A stretch of DNA of 64,000 bases from Chloroflexota bacterium (GTDB lineage Bacteria; Chloroflexota; Dehalococcoidia; Lucifugimonadales; GCA-2719675), in assembly GCA_002719675.1 (NCBI GenBank), contig PBID01000006.1, positions 22,164 through 86,163 of the forward strand, read 5' to 3'. Numbering within the stretch: position 1 is the first letter of the stretch; each line of letters begins with the position of its first letter. The notes under the pieces were generated by a model. The model was not told the DNA's origin. It worked only from the letters and a program-made list of their open reading frames with translations, and did not search any database. Of the stretch, positions 9,256 to 18,458 are shown piece after piece. The position numbers and the translations under genes are program-made.

Positions 9256-9314
9256 TATAGTTGTCTTATTCAAGTATTCTTTATGTTTACGTTAAACCTT
9301 AAAGATATGTTTTT

Positions 9315-9387
9315 GCCCAAGTGGCGCAATGGTAGCGCAGCCGACTTGTAATCGGCAGGTTAGTGGGTTCGAATCCCCTCTTGGGCT
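9315..9387 (+). tRNA. tRNA-Thr (anticodon TGT)
   Basis: Hand-folded cloverleaf: acceptor GCCCAAG/CTTGGGC, D arm GCGC-AATGGTA-GCGC, anticodon arm GCCGA-CTTGTAA-TCGGC, T loop TTCGAAT. One U-C mismatch in the T stem. No encoded CCA. Confidence 0.85.
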
Positions 9388-9500
9388 TACATCCTCATTG
9401 TATATTTAAACTTAGTATTAAAATTTGTCTAATTTAATATTGTAAATTACTAGATGGACTGCGTATTCTTGTGTTAGAATACTTTTTGCCCTGTAAATAG

Positions 9501-9588
9501 GGAGCGATGGGTGAGTGGTTAATACCACCAGACTGTAAATCTGGCGCCCTGACGGGCTACGTAGGTTCGAATCCTACTCGCTCCACCA
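9501..9588 (+). tRNA. tRNA-Tyr (anticodon GTA), class II long variable arm, CCA encoded
   Basis: Acceptor GGAGCGA/TCGCTCC, anticodon arm CCAGA-CTGTAAA-TCTGG, long variable arm CGCCCTGACGGGCTAC, T arm GTAGG-TTCGAAT-CCTAC, then A-CCA. Confidence 0.92.
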
Positions 9589-9659
9589 AAATTACAGGTA
9601 GAATGGCAAGAGTTTATTATAAATATGCATTCAGATTGTGTATAAAAATTTTAATACTT

Positions 9660-9731
9660 GCCCACATAGCTCAGTGGTAGAGCACGTTCTTGGTAAGAAC
9701 GAGGTCAGCAGTTCAACTCTGCTTGTGGGCT
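9660..9731 (+). tRNA. tRNA-Thr (anticodon GGT)
   Basis: Acceptor GCCCACA/TGTGGGC, D arm GCTC-AGTGGTA-GAGC, anticodon arm CGTTC-TTGGTAA-GAACG, T arm AGCAG-TTCAACT-CTGCT. Confidence 0.92.
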
Positions 9732-9750
9732 TAGATTTCGGGAGTTTAAA

Positions 9751-10953
9751 TTGGCTAAGGAGAAATTTGTAAGAGATAAACCGCACGTAAATGTTGGTAC
9801 TATTGGTCACGTAGATCATGGAAAAACTAGCTTGACAGCCGCTATAACTAAGACTTTGGCGTCTGCTGGTGGTGCTGATTTTCGTCCGTTTGAGAGCATT
9901 GATAATGCCCCTGAGGAAAGAGAGAGGGGGGTTACTATTGCTATCCAACACGTAGAATATCAGACTGAATCTAGGCACTACGCACACGTTGATTGTCCTG
10001 GTCACGCAGATTATATTAAGAATATGATTACTGGAGCAGCTCAGATGGATGGAGCTATTTTGGTTGTCAGTGCTCCTGATGGCCCAATGCCACAAACCAG
10101 AGAACATATTTTGCTTGCTCGCCAAGTTGAAGTACCTTCCATTGTTGTAGCTTTAAATAAAGTTGACATGATGGATGACGAGGAACTATTAGAGCTTGTT
10201 GAAATGGAATTAAGAGAACTTTTGAATGAATATGATTTCCCTGGAGATGATATTCCTATAGTACGAGTAAGTGCTTTGAGTGCTTTGGAATCGGATGACT
10301 TAGGTAGAGATTCACAGTGGGGGAAGGGTATTTGGGAGCTAATGGATTCTGTTGATTCATATGTGCCAGTTCCAGATAGGCCAAAAGATAAAGATTTCTT
10401 AATGCCTGTTGAAGATGTTTTCAGTATTAAAGGTAGAGGTACCGTTATTACAGGTAGAGTTGAAACTGGAGTAATTAATACAGGTGATGAGGTAGAGATT
10501 ATTGGAATTAAAGAAGAAACAACAAAAACTGTTATTACAGGAGTAGAGATGTTTCATAAGACCCTGGATGAAGGTGAAGCTGGGGATGCTGTTGGTCTTT
10601 TGGTTAGAGGTTTAGATAGAGAAGAAGTTGTTAGAGGCCAAGTGTGCGCTAAACCAGGTTCCATCACTCCACATACAGAGGCAGAAGCTCAAGTTTATGT
10701 TTTGACAAAAGATGAAGGTGGACGACATAAGCCATTCTTCACAGGATATAAGCCACAGTTCTACATACGTACTACTGACGTGACTGGTGAGATTGAATTG
10801 CCAGAGGGTGTAGAGATGGTTATGCCAGGTGATAACATTACTATGAAAATTAAACTTATTAATCCAGTAGCTATGGAAGACCAATTGAGGTTTGCTGTCA
10901 GAGAAGGTGGTTTGACTGTTGGTTCTGGTGTTATAACAAAGATTCTTAAGTAA
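9751..10953 (+). CDS. tuf: Elongation factor Tu
   Basis: [41 protein letters not shown] start 6 nt after GGGAG; no alternative start exists because MAKEKF is the universal N-terminus. Confidence 0.98.
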   Translation: MAKEKFVRDKPHVNVGTIGHVDHGKTSLTAAITKTLASAGGADFRPFESIDNAPEERERGVTIAIQHVEYQTESRHYAHVDCPGHADYIKNMITGAAQMDGAILVVSAPDGPMPQTREHILLARQVEVPSIVVALNKVDMMDDEELLELVEMELRELLNEYDFPGDDIPIVRVSALSALESDDLGRDSQWGKGIWELMDSVDSYVPVPDRPKDKDFLMPVEDVFSIKGRGTVITGRVETGVINTGDEVEIIGIKEETTKTVITGVEMFHKTLDEGEAGDAVGLLVRGLDREEVVRGQVCAKPGSITPHTEAEAQVYVLTKDEGGRHKPFFTGYKPQFYIRTTDVTGEIELPEGVEMVMPGDNITMKIKLINPVAMEDQLRFAVREGGLTVGSGVITKILK

Positions 10954-11012
10954 ACATTACTGATATAGTAAACTACAAGTTTAATTAATTTAGTTTTTTA
11001 AGGTGATAAGAA

Positions 11013-11180
11013 ATGGCTAGACGAGGCGATAGCAGGATTTTGGTTAATTTGGCATGCGTTGAATGTAAGGAACGTACATATCATACAAGTAAAAATCGCC
11101 GGAATGATCCTGACAGGTTAGAGTTAAAGAAATTTTGTCCTAGATGTAGGACTAATTTAGTACATAGGGAAGTCAGGTAG
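11013..11180 (+). CDS. rpmG: 50S ribosomal protein L33
   Basis: A 55-aa ORF below the track cutoff: [55 protein letters not shown]. It has the CxxC...CxxC zinc ribbon and YxTxKN motif, in the canonical position between tuf and secE. Confidence 0.92.
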   Translation: MARRGDSRILVNLACVECKERTYHTSKNRRNDPDRLELKKFCPRCRTNLVHREVR

Positions 11181-11188
11181 TTTCAAAA

Positions 11189-11428
11189 ATGGCTAAAAAT
11201 AATCCTGTTATATCTCCTAAGACACGTCTTGAAGCTTCCAGAAAAGGTTTCTTTAGTTTTATTGGGGATGCTTTTAACGAACTTAAAAGAGTTACTTGGC
11301 CGACTAAAGAAGAGACATTTCGTTTGAGTGTCATGGTAGTTGTTGTATCTGTATCAGTTGGCATTTTTCTCGGTTTGGTTGACTTGTTATTCACCGAAGT
11401 TTTTGATGTTATATTAGGTAGGAATTGA
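11189..11428 (+). CDS. secE: Preprotein translocase subunit SecE
   Basis: FIGDAFNELKRVTWPTKEE followed by a single TM helix. Canonical rpmG-secE-nusG order. Confidence 0.9.
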   Translation: MAKNNPVISPKTRLEASRKGFFSFIGDAFNELKRVTWPTKEETFRLSVMVVVVSVSVGIFLGLVDLLFTEVFDVILGRN

Positions 11429-11991
11429 TGTCTACGTCTGTAACAATAGAACCTAGATGGTATATCGTACATACTTATTCAGGTCATGAAGAGAGGGTAA
11501 AGAATAACCTAGAGATTCGTGTTTCTAATTTGGATATGGGGCATAAGATTTTTGAAGTAGTAATGCCTACTGAAAAAACTTTTGAGATTAACAAAGATGG
11601 AGATAGAGTTTCTGTAGATAAAAGAATTTTTCCAGGATATATAATTGTTAATATGGTAATGGATGATGAAAGTTGGTATGTCGTTAGAAATACCCCGGGT
11701 GTCACTGGGTTCGTTAGTGTAGAAGATGAAATTGAAAAGAGACCTAAGCCTGTCCCACTTGAACAAGATGAGGTTGACAGGATATTAGGACATATTTCAA
11801 CACAGAAGCCTACTGTTACTTCTGGTTTGCAGGTAGGTGATATCGTAAAAATAAATGAAGGTCCTTTTGCGGACTTTATGGGTTCGATTGATGAAGTGTT
11901 TTTGGAAAGAAATAAAGTAAGAGTTCTGGTTTCATTTTTTGGTAGAGAAACACCAGTTGAGTTAGATTTTTTTCAAGTAGATAAAGCTTAA
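11428..11991 (+). CDS. nusG: Transcription termination/antitermination factor NusG
   Basis: WYIVHTYSGHEERVKNNLE, FPGYIIV, and a KOW motif (GDIVKINEGPFADFMG). ATG 11428 overlaps the secE TGA (ATGA). The track starts 3 nt earlier at a TTG. Confidence 0.95.
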   Translation: MSTSVTIEPRWYIVHTYSGHEERVKNNLEIRVSNLDMGHKIFEVVMPTEKTFEINKDGDRVSVDKRIFPGYIIVNMVMDDESWYVVRNTPGVTGFVSVEDEIEKRPKPVPLEQDEVDRILGHISTQKPTVTSGLQVGDIVKINEGPFADFMGSIDEVFLERNKVRVLVSFFGRETPVELDFFQVDKA

Positions 11992-12019
11992 GTATTAAAT
12001 TGTTTTAGGTGGGATTGAA

Positions 12020-12445
12020 TTGGCTAAAAAAATAAAGACATTAATTAAACTAGCTGTTGAAGCAGGAAAGGCTACACCAGCACCTCCTGTAGGTCCAGCG
12101 CTTGGACAGCATGGAGTCAATATAATGGCATTTGTTAAAGAATACAATGCTAAAACAGCTGACCAAGTAGGTAAAATAATACCTGCTGTGATTACTGTGT
12201 ATCAGGATAATTCGTTTTCTTTCGAAACAAAAACACCTCCTACTTCGTCTTTGTTGAAGACTGCTGCAGGAATTGAGAAAGGAAGTGGAAATGCTATTTT
12301 AGAAAAGGTTGGATCTGTCAGCCGTGATAAAGTCGTGGAAATTGCTAAAGAAAAATTAAAAGATTTGAATGCCGCAGATATTGATGGTGCTGTTAAGATT
12401 GTTGAAGGTACAGCACGTAGCATGGGAATAGAAGTTTCAGAATAA
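12020..12445 (+). CDS. rplK: 50S ribosomal protein L11
   Basis: [41 protein letters not shown] start after AGGTGGGA. Confidence 0.97.
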   Translation: MAKKIKTLIKLAVEAGKATPAPPVGPALGQHGVNIMAFVKEYNAKTADQVGKIIPAVITVYQDNSFSFETKTPPTSSLLKTAAGIEKGSGNAILEKVGSVSRDKVVEIAKEKLKDLNAADIDGAVKIVEGTARSMGIEVSE

Positions 12446-12461
12446 CAGGATATTTTAAAAA

Positions 12462-13181
12462 ATGGTCAAAAGAAGTAAGAGATATAATCAAACATTAGAA
12501 AAGATTGATGTCAATAAACAATATTCTCCTAATGATGCTGTGGGTATGGTAAAAGATAATGCTACAGCTAAATTTGATGAATCAATTGAATTGCACTTGA
12601 AAACATCTGCTGATTCTACTCAAGCAGATCAATTAATTCGAGGTGTTGTAGTTTTACCTCATGGTGTAGGTAAGACTCCTGTAGTTGCAGTTTTTGTTGA
12701 AGGTGAATCTGCTACTATAGCTAATGAATCTGGAGCAGATTTTGTGGGTGGTGATGATCTTATTAAGAAAGTTGAATCTGGGTGGACTGAATTTGATGTT
12801 TCAATTGCTACCTCTGACATGATGGCTAGAGTTAGTCGGCTTGGAAAGGTATTAGGTAGGAAGGGATTAATGCCCAACCCTAAAACCGGAACTGTCGTTA
12901 AGCCTGATGGTTTGTCTAAGGCTATAGAGTCAGCTAAAATGGGTAGGGTTGAGTACAGATTAGATAAAAACTCTATTATTCATGTTGTTATTGGTAAAGC
13001 AAGTTTTGAAGCTCAACAGATTGAGGATAATTTAAACGTTTTAATGAATAGTATTATTAGAGCACGACCTAGCGGAGTTAAAGGAGACTTAATTAAGTCT
13101 GGATATTTGACTTCTACTATGGGGCCTAGTTTTGCTTTGGAGGTAACTGCATTTAGCGAAGTTAAAACAGAATATAATTAG
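12462..13181 (+). CDS. rplA: 50S ribosomal protein L1
   Basis: Typical L1 sequence (RGVVVLPHGVGK, LGKVLGRKGLMPNPKTGTV), following rplK. Confidence 0.97.
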   Translation: MVKRSKRYNQTLEKIDVNKQYSPNDAVGMVKDNATAKFDESIELHLKTSADSTQADQLIRGVVVLPHGVGKTPVVAVFVEGESATIANESGADFVGGDDLIKKVESGWTEFDVSIATSDMMARVSRLGKVLGRKGLMPNPKTGTVVKPDGLSKAIESAKMGRVEYRLDKNSIIHVVIGKASFEAQQIEDNLNVLMNSIIRARPSGVKGDLIKSGYLTSTMGPSFALEVTAFSEVKTEYN

Positions 13182-13184
13182 ATG

Positions 13185-13300
13185 CCGGAGACAGTAGGTT
13201 CCTTTTTTATAGGATTAAATTAACCTACTCAGGTATTTTTCTTCCCGTTTTTTTGCATTTAATTATTTTCAGAATTTCGGGATTTTTTATTTATATAGGA
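13185..13300 (+). ncRNA. Putative rplJ (L10) leader / autoregulatory structure
   Basis: A 126-nt rplA-rplJ spacer, unusually long for this genome. It has an 8-bp hairpin AGTAGGTT...AACCTACT (GACAGUAGG-type motif) followed by U-rich tracts (CCCGTTTTTTT, CGGGATTTTTT). The position matches the conserved L10 leader. Not verified by a covariance model. Confidence 0.4.
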
Positions 13301-13307
13301 GGTTGGT

Positions 13308-13829
13308 TTGCCAAACGAAAAGAAGATACAAATTGTTGAAGATTTAAAATCAAATATCGAATCTAGTAGTATTTTAATTGCTGCTGATTATACAGGTGTT
13401 AATGTTTCTGAAATTTCTGCCCTGCGAACTGTATTAAGGGAGCAAGGTGTACAATTTAAAGTTGTAAAAAATACTTTAGCATTAATTGCTGCTGATCAAG
13501 CAGGTAGTTCTAAATTAAAGGAATTGATTGAAGGTCCTACTAGTTTTGTTTTTGGATTTGACGATCCCGTTGAGCCTGTAAGGGTTTTAACAAACTTTAT
13601 TAAAAATTCTAATTCAGCTGTTAAGGTTCGAGGGGCCTTAATGGGGGATTCATTATTGACTACAGAAGAAGTTGATTACATGGCTTCTTTGCCTGACAGA
13701 CCTACTTTGCTGTCACGTTTGTTGGGTCAATTGCAGGCGCCTATAACTGGTTTAGCAACAGTTTTAAATGCGCCAACTCAAGGTTTAGCAACATTGCTGG
13801 ATCGACATAATAAAAATCAAGAAAATTAA
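13308..13829 (+). CDS. rplJ: 50S ribosomal protein L10
   Basis: L10-like sequence in the canonical position. TTG start after AGGAGG. Confidence 0.95.
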   Translation: MPNEKKIQIVEDLKSNIESSSILIAADYTGVNVSEISALRTVLREQGVQFKVVKNTLALIAADQAGSSKLKELIEGPTSFVFGFDDPVEPVRVLTNFIKNSNSAVKVRGALMGDSLLTTEEVDYMASLPDRPTLLSRLLGQLQAPITGLATVLNAPTQGLATLLDRHNKNQEN

Positions 13830-13858
13830 ATTAAATAAAAAAATTTTGGAGGCATATA

Positions 13859-14248
13859 ATGGCATCATTAACAAATGAAGAATTAATTGAACATATCAAG
13901 GGAATGACTATAACTGACGTAGCAAAATTAGTTAAAGCTCTTGAAGAAGAATTTGGCGTATCCGCTGCTGCACCAGTAGCTGTAGCTGCTGCTCCTGGAG
14001 CAGGAGATTCAGCAGGCGCGGAAAAACAAGAAGAACAATCGGAATTTACAGTTGTTTTAAAGGAATTTGGAGCAAATAAAATTCAAGTGATTAAAGCAGT
14101 TCGTGAAATCACTTCTCTAGGATTGAAGGAAGCAAAGGATCTTGTTGAAGCTGCACCTGGAAATGTTAAGGAAGGGATTTCTAAAGAAGAATCTGATGAA
14201 GCTAAGACTAAGTTAGAAGCTGCTGGAGCAACTGTAGAGATCCAGTAA
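13859..14248 (+). CDS. rplL: 50S ribosomal protein L7/L12
   Basis: N-terminal dimerisation helix, Ala/Pro-rich hinge ([14 protein letters not shown]), and C-terminal domain [24 protein letters not shown]. Confidence 0.97.
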   Translation: MASLTNEELIEHIKGMTITDVAKLVKALEEEFGVSAAAPVAVAAAPGAGDSAGAEKQEEQSEFTVVLKEFGANKIQVIKAVREITSLGLKEAKDLVEAAPGNVKEGISKEESDEAKTKLEAAGATVEIQ

Positions 14249-14272
14249 ATTCTCAAAGATACTATAATTTTT

Positions 14273-14315
14273 CTCAAAATACGTTTAGTATTATATTTAC
14301 GAAATGTATTTTGAG
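14273..14315 (+). terminator. Possible weak hairpin terminator after rplL
   Basis: A 10-bp inverted repeat CTCAAAATAC / GTATTTTGAG with a 23-nt loop, followed by T-rich sequence. The stem is AT-rich and there is no tight U-tract, so it is weak. Confidence 0.3.
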
Positions 14316-15356
14316 GTTTATGGTATTTTTGTACTGGGGATTTTTGTGAATAAAGACAATTCAAATTTTAAAGAAATGAAATTTGATATTGATGTTTATC
14401 TAAGGAAGCTCTTTGATTCCCGTGAAATGCCTTTATATCATATGATGGCTTATCATATGGGTTTTGAAGATAAAGCAGGTAATGTTGTTTCTGCTTCAAA
14501 TAGTTCATATCTATACGCTTTATCTTCTATGGCGATTGGTGAAATATTTAGCGCTCAAAAAAAGTTTATTTATCCTATATCATCTGCTATAGAAATGTTT
14601 TTAAATTTTACCGAAATTCATGATGATGTAAAAGATGGACTCCCTCAGCGAAATGGAAAAGATACTGTTTGGTGGATCTGGGGACCAGCACAAGGTATAA
14701 ATGCAGGGGATGGCTTGCATTCTCTAGCTAGGTTACAGATTTGTGAATTAAGTCAAATTGGTGTCACAAGCGATGTAGTTTTTGAAGCTTTACAAATGTT
14801 TGATTCAGCGAGTTTGAAATTCTCTGAATCAAAATATTTAGAATTAGAATTTCAAGAAAGAATTGATGTAAAAATTGAAGAGTACATGGAGCTTTTGTAT
14901 CTTAGAGCTGAATTTCTTTCAACAGCAATGAAACTTGCAGCATTGGTATCTGATAGTGGCAATGAACTAAAAGAAGAGATTGGTAAATTTGGATTTAACT
15001 TAGGAGTTTTACTTCAAATTAATAAAGATATTGATTCATTTTGGGAATCACCTGAAGTTGATTTAAATTTTTTAAATAAGAAGAAAACATTACCTATTGT
15101 TTATGCATTTAAATATGCGTCAAATTCTCAAAAAATCAGATTAGGCGATATATATTTTAAAAGGGTATTGACGAACGAAGATATCACACAATTGAAAACA
15201 ATTTTAGATGAAATTGATGTTAGAAAATTTTGTGAACAAGATAGAAAGAAACTTACACACCAGCTAAATTCATCAATTGACTTGGTGTGTGATAATCAAA
15301 GAAATATTGATTCAGTGAAAAGCTTGGTGGATTATTTGATGTTGACAGGATTTTAG
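14304..15356 (+). CDS. Polyprenyl synthetase-family protein with a degenerate second Asp-rich motif
   Basis: The first motif is intact (EIHDDVKDGLPQRNGKDTVW...GINAGDGL). The second is QINKDIDSF instead of QIxDDxxD. The true start is possibly ATG 14376 (MKFDIDVYL), because ATG 14304 lies inside the hairpin listed above. Confidence 0.6.
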   Translation: MYFEVYGIFVLGIFVNKDNSNFKEMKFDIDVYLRKLFDSREMPLYHMMAYHMGFEDKAGNVVSASNSSYLYALSSMAIGEIFSAQKKFIYPISSAIEMFLNFTEIHDDVKDGLPQRNGKDTVWWIWGPAQGINAGDGLHSLARLQICELSQIGVTSDVVFEALQMFDSASLKFSESKYLELEFQERIDVKIEEYMELLYLRAEFLSTAMKLAALVSDSGNELKEEIGKFGFNLGVLLQINKDIDSFWESPEVDLNFLNKKKTLPIVYAFKYASNSQKIRLGDIYFKRVLTNEDITQLKTILDEIDVRKFCEQDRKKLTHQLNSSIDLVCDNQRNIDSVKSLVDYLMLTGF

Positions 15357-15367
15357 GCAAAGTTTAA

Positions 15368-16564
15368 ATGAATAATAAAAAAAATATTTTAGAAGTAGAT
15401 TTTTCTTTAATTAAAAGAGTTTTGCTGAGAGTTGATTTTAATATTCCTATTGATATTTCTAATCGTAAAATTAGTGATGCTTCAAGAATTTTAGCTTCAA
15501 TTCCAACTATAAAATATTTACTTCAGCAAGGATGTGCTATATTAATTTGTTCTCACTTTGGGAGACCAAATGGCAATTATGTTGAAGAATTTAAATTGGA
15601 CATTATTTCATCTAAATTATCTGAATTGTTAGGACAAGATGTAACTCAACTTGATGATTGTATAGGACTTGATGTTGAGGAATTTTCTAAAAAAATGCAA
15701 CCAGGTGAAATAGCTGTTCTTCAAAATTTAAGATTTCATTCTGGAGAAGAATCAAACGAATCAGAATTTGCTAAAAATCTTTCTAAATTAGCAGATTTAT
15801 ATGTAAATGATGCATTTGGTGTGGCGCATAGAAATCATGCATCAATGGATAAAATTTCTAATTTTATTCCGATGGTTTCTGGATTGTTACTTAAAAAAGA
15901 GATAGATATTTTCTCTTCTATCTTACAAAGTCCTGAAAGACCACTACTTTCTGTATTTGGAGGGGCAAAGGTTTCTGATAAACTGCGAGTAATTGAAAGT
16001 CTTTCTTCAGTTGTAGATGTGATGATTATAGGTGGGGCTATGTCAGCCCCTTTTCTTATTTTAGAAGGATTGAAAGTTGGAGATTCTTTCGTAGAAGAAG
16101 GAGCTGAAGAAAGTGTTGAAAAAATCATGAAATCTATTTCAAAAAATCATTGTGAAATAATTTTGCCAGATGATTTTATTATTTCTGATAGTTTTTCTGA
16201 AAAATCTAATATTCAAACTGTAGATAAAGATAGCATTCCTTCTGGATGGAGAATCATGGATATTGGGCCTAAAAGTGTACAAAAATTTATTGCACAATTT
16301 TATTTGTCTAAAACATTAATTTGGAATGGCCCTATGGGGGTATTTGAATGGGAAAAATTCTCATCTGGCACTAAACTTTTAGCTCAAGCAATTGGATCTC
16401 TAAATGAATGTGTTTCTGTTGTAGGAGGTGGTTCAACAGTAGAAGCTATTAGCTTTTTTGGATTGTCAGATCAAATTTCACATGTTTCTACTGGTGGAGG
16501 TGCTTCAATTTCTTTCTTGGAAGGAAGTACATTACCAGGAATTAAGTCTTTATTGGATAATTAA
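15368..16564 (+). CDS. pgk: Phosphoglycerate kinase
   Basis: RVDFNIPI near the N-terminus, SHFGRPNG, and VSTGGGASISFLEG near the C-terminus. Confidence 0.95.
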   Translation: MNNKKNILEVDFSLIKRVLLRVDFNIPIDISNRKISDASRILASIPTIKYLLQQGCAILICSHFGRPNGNYVEEFKLDIISSKLSELLGQDVTQLDDCIGLDVEEFSKKMQPGEIAVLQNLRFHSGEESNESEFAKNLSKLADLYVNDAFGVAHRNHASMDKISNFIPMVSGLLLKKEIDIFSSILQSPERPLLSVFGGAKVSDKLRVIESLSSVVDVMIIGGAMSAPFLILEGLKVGDSFVEEGAEESVEKIMKSISKNHCEIILPDDFIISDSFSEKSNIQTVDKDSIPSGWRIMDIGPKSVQKFIAQFYLSKTLIWNGPMGVFEWEKFSSGTKLLAQAIGSLNECVSVVGGGSTVEAISFFGLSDQISHVSTGGGASISFLEGSTLPGIKSLLDN

Positions 16565-16570
16565 GGTTTT

Positions 16571-17779
16571 ATGATGATTGATTTTGAGTATTTAGATAAA
16601 ATAATTTGTTCCACTGAATCGAAAATTTTAATGTTAGTGATTGATGGTTTAGGAGGTGTTCCAGATAAAAAGACTGGAAAATCTGAATTAGATGTTGCAA
16701 AAATCCCTAATCTTGATCAGCTTTCAAAAATCTCTTCATGTGGAGTTGCAAACCCAGTTTTCCCAGGAGTTACCCCTGGTAGTGCTCCGGGGCATTTAGC
16801 AATATTTGGATATAATCCATTAAAATATTTAGTAGGTAGAGGTTTTTTAGAAGCCACTGGTATTGGAATTAATTTGTCGACAACTCAGATTGCTGTGAGA
16901 GGAAATTTTTGCACTTATGAAGAAGGTAAAGTTGTTGATAGAAGAGCTGGACGAATAAGCAATCAAAAATGTCTTGATTTAGTAAAGCTATTGAATCAAG
17001 TTTCAGTGGATGGAATGAAAATAGATGTTTATCCTGTTGAAGGACATCGTTTTGTAGCTATTTTTGATTTAGACTCAAGTTTGATTTCTAAAATTTCAAA
17101 TGATCATTTAAATGAAATAGATTGTTCTGAGATTTTTTGCTCAATTAAAGAATCCGAAGATCAAATTTTTACAAAGTTAGTAAACGATTTCATTGGAAAA
17201 TCTTTACAAATTTTATCTGATGAAAAACGAGCAAATGGGATTTTATTAAGAGGCTTTTCGCGTGGAACAAATCTTCCAGATATGAAAAATAAATATAAAT
17301 TGAACCCAATTGGAATTTCTTCATATCCAATGTATATTGGGTTGGCAAAATTATTAGGAATGAAATCTGTTTCTGTTGAGAAATCTTTAGATAAATTAGT
17401 AAGCGCTGTTGAGGAAAACTTTGAAAACCATGATTTTTTCTTTATGCATTACAAGGATGCAGATTCGAAAGGTGAAGATGGAGATTTTGACGGTAAAGTT
17501 AAGTCTTTAGAAGCTTTCGACCAATTTGTTCCTCGAATTATGGATTTAAACTTTGATGTTGTGGTAATTACCGGAGACCATTCTACTCCTGCAGTATTAA
17601 GTGCACACAGTTGGCATCCAGTTCCTTTGCTGATTTATAATGAAAATATCGGTGGAGATAAAGTTCAAAGTTTTAGTGAAAAAGAATTTTTAAATGGACA
17701 GATAGGTTCTGTTGATTCAGTAAATATAATGATGTTGTCTCTCGCGAATTCAGGCAAACTAAAGAAGTTTGAATTCTGA
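16571..17779 (+). CDS. apgM: Cofactor-independent phosphoglycerate mutase, archaeal type (ApgM family)
   Basis: Metalloenzyme-superfamily motifs LVIDGLGG, HYKDADSKGEDGD, VITGDHSTP. About 400 aa and adjacent to pgk. Confidence 0.85.
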   Translation: MMIDFEYLDKIICSTESKILMLVIDGLGGVPDKKTGKSELDVAKIPNLDQLSKISSCGVANPVFPGVTPGSAPGHLAIFGYNPLKYLVGRGFLEATGIGINLSTTQIAVRGNFCTYEEGKVVDRRAGRISNQKCLDLVKLLNQVSVDGMKIDVYPVEGHRFVAIFDLDSSLISKISNDHLNEIDCSEIFCSIKESEDQIFTKLVNDFIGKSLQILSDEKRANGILLRGFSRGTNLPDMKNKYKLNPIGISSYPMYIGLAKLLGMKSVSVEKSLDKLVSAVEENFENHDFFFMHYKDADSKGEDGDFDGKVKSLEAFDQFVPRIMDLNFDVVVITGDHSTPAVLSAHSWHPVPLLIYNENIGGDKVQSFSEKEFLNGQIGSVDSVNIMMLSLANSGKLKKFEF

Positions 17780-17824
17780 TATATATACAAATTTTGTAAT
17801 TATTTGATATTATTTATAAGTGTT

Positions 17825-17901
17825 GTCCCAGTAGCTCAGTTGGACAGAGCGGATGCCTTCTAAGCATTAGGTCGCGGGTTCGAATCCTGCCTGGGACGCC
17901 A
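17825..17901 (+). tRNA. tRNA-Arg (anticodon TCT), CCA encoded
   Basis: Acceptor GTCCCAG/CTGGGAC, D arm GCTC-AGTTGGACA-GAGC, anticodon arm GATGC-CTTCTAA-GCATT, T arm GCGGG-TTCGAAT-CCTGC, then G-CCA. Confidence 0.92.
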
Positions 17902-17906
17902 TTGAA

Positions 17907-18437
17907 TTAATTGTTAATATTTACAGCTTGTTTAAAAACCCAGCCTTCTTCACCTGTTGATTTAACTTTTATTTTTAGTAAACCAATTTCTAAAATTCTT
18001 GGGACGCCATTTGATCCTACGAACCTGGACCAATTACAAGTTGCCTCGTCAATAACTTCAACTTCTAATCCTGAATCTATAGGGGAGCTATCTTTTATAT
18101 GTACCATGCAGAATTGTTCTTTTCCTTGAACAGGTTGATCAAGTCCACCTTTACCTGTAGAAAGCATTCTATATTCGAATTCTTTCCAAACAGTTAAAGG
18201 CAAATCGATTTTAACTCCTGCTTTTTTATTTTTTGAAATTCCAGCTGCCTCATAATCTTTATCTGTTTGAACAGTAAGGTCAGGTTTTTGAGTAGTTCCG
18301 GTCATGCCAACGTATTCAGTGTTTAATCCCCCTCCAATTCCAGTACCTCCACTTTTTTCATCATTTCCACAAAATATTGTTAATATCATGCACGATAATA
18401 AAATAATTAAAGAAATCTTCTTATTTAAAGGAGTCAT
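17907..18437 (-). CDS. Hypothetical secreted/lipoprotein, paralog A
   Basis: N-terminal signal-like segment MTPLNKKISLIILLSCMILTIFCGND with a Cys after the hydrophobic stretch. GAGG SD. I recognise no family. It is a tandem paralog of 18459-18995. Confidence 0.7.
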   Translation of the reverse strand: MTPLNKKISLIILLSCMILTIFCGNDEKSGGTGIGGGLNTEYVGMTGTTQKPDLTVQTDKDYEAAGISKNKKAGVKIDLPLTVWKEFEYRMLSTGKGGLDQPVQGKEQFCMVHIKDSSPIDSGLEVEVIDEATCNWSRFVGSNGVPRILEIGLLKIKVKSTGEEGWVFKQAVNINN

Positions 18438-18458
18438 TTTCCCTCGTCACGTTTTGAA

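Noticed and set aside
9631-10125. A 164-aa minus-strand ORF
   Set aside because: It overlaps tRNA-Thr(GGT) and the highly conserved 5' part of tuf on the opposite strand, and its low-complexity translation is not protein-like. The same reasoning applies to other antisense ORFs inside tuf, nusG, rplK, rplA, pgk, hppA, ggt (39853-40230), gltB (53054-53422, 53949-54263, 54350-54628, 56025-56255) and the HlyD gene.
14249-14375. Absence of rpoB/rpoC after rplL as a sign of misassembly or rearrangement
   Set aside because: The junction sequence is ordinary, with a possible weak terminator and then a normal gene start. Uncoupling of rpoBC from the rplKAJL cluster is known in several phyla, and nothing suggests a chimeric join.
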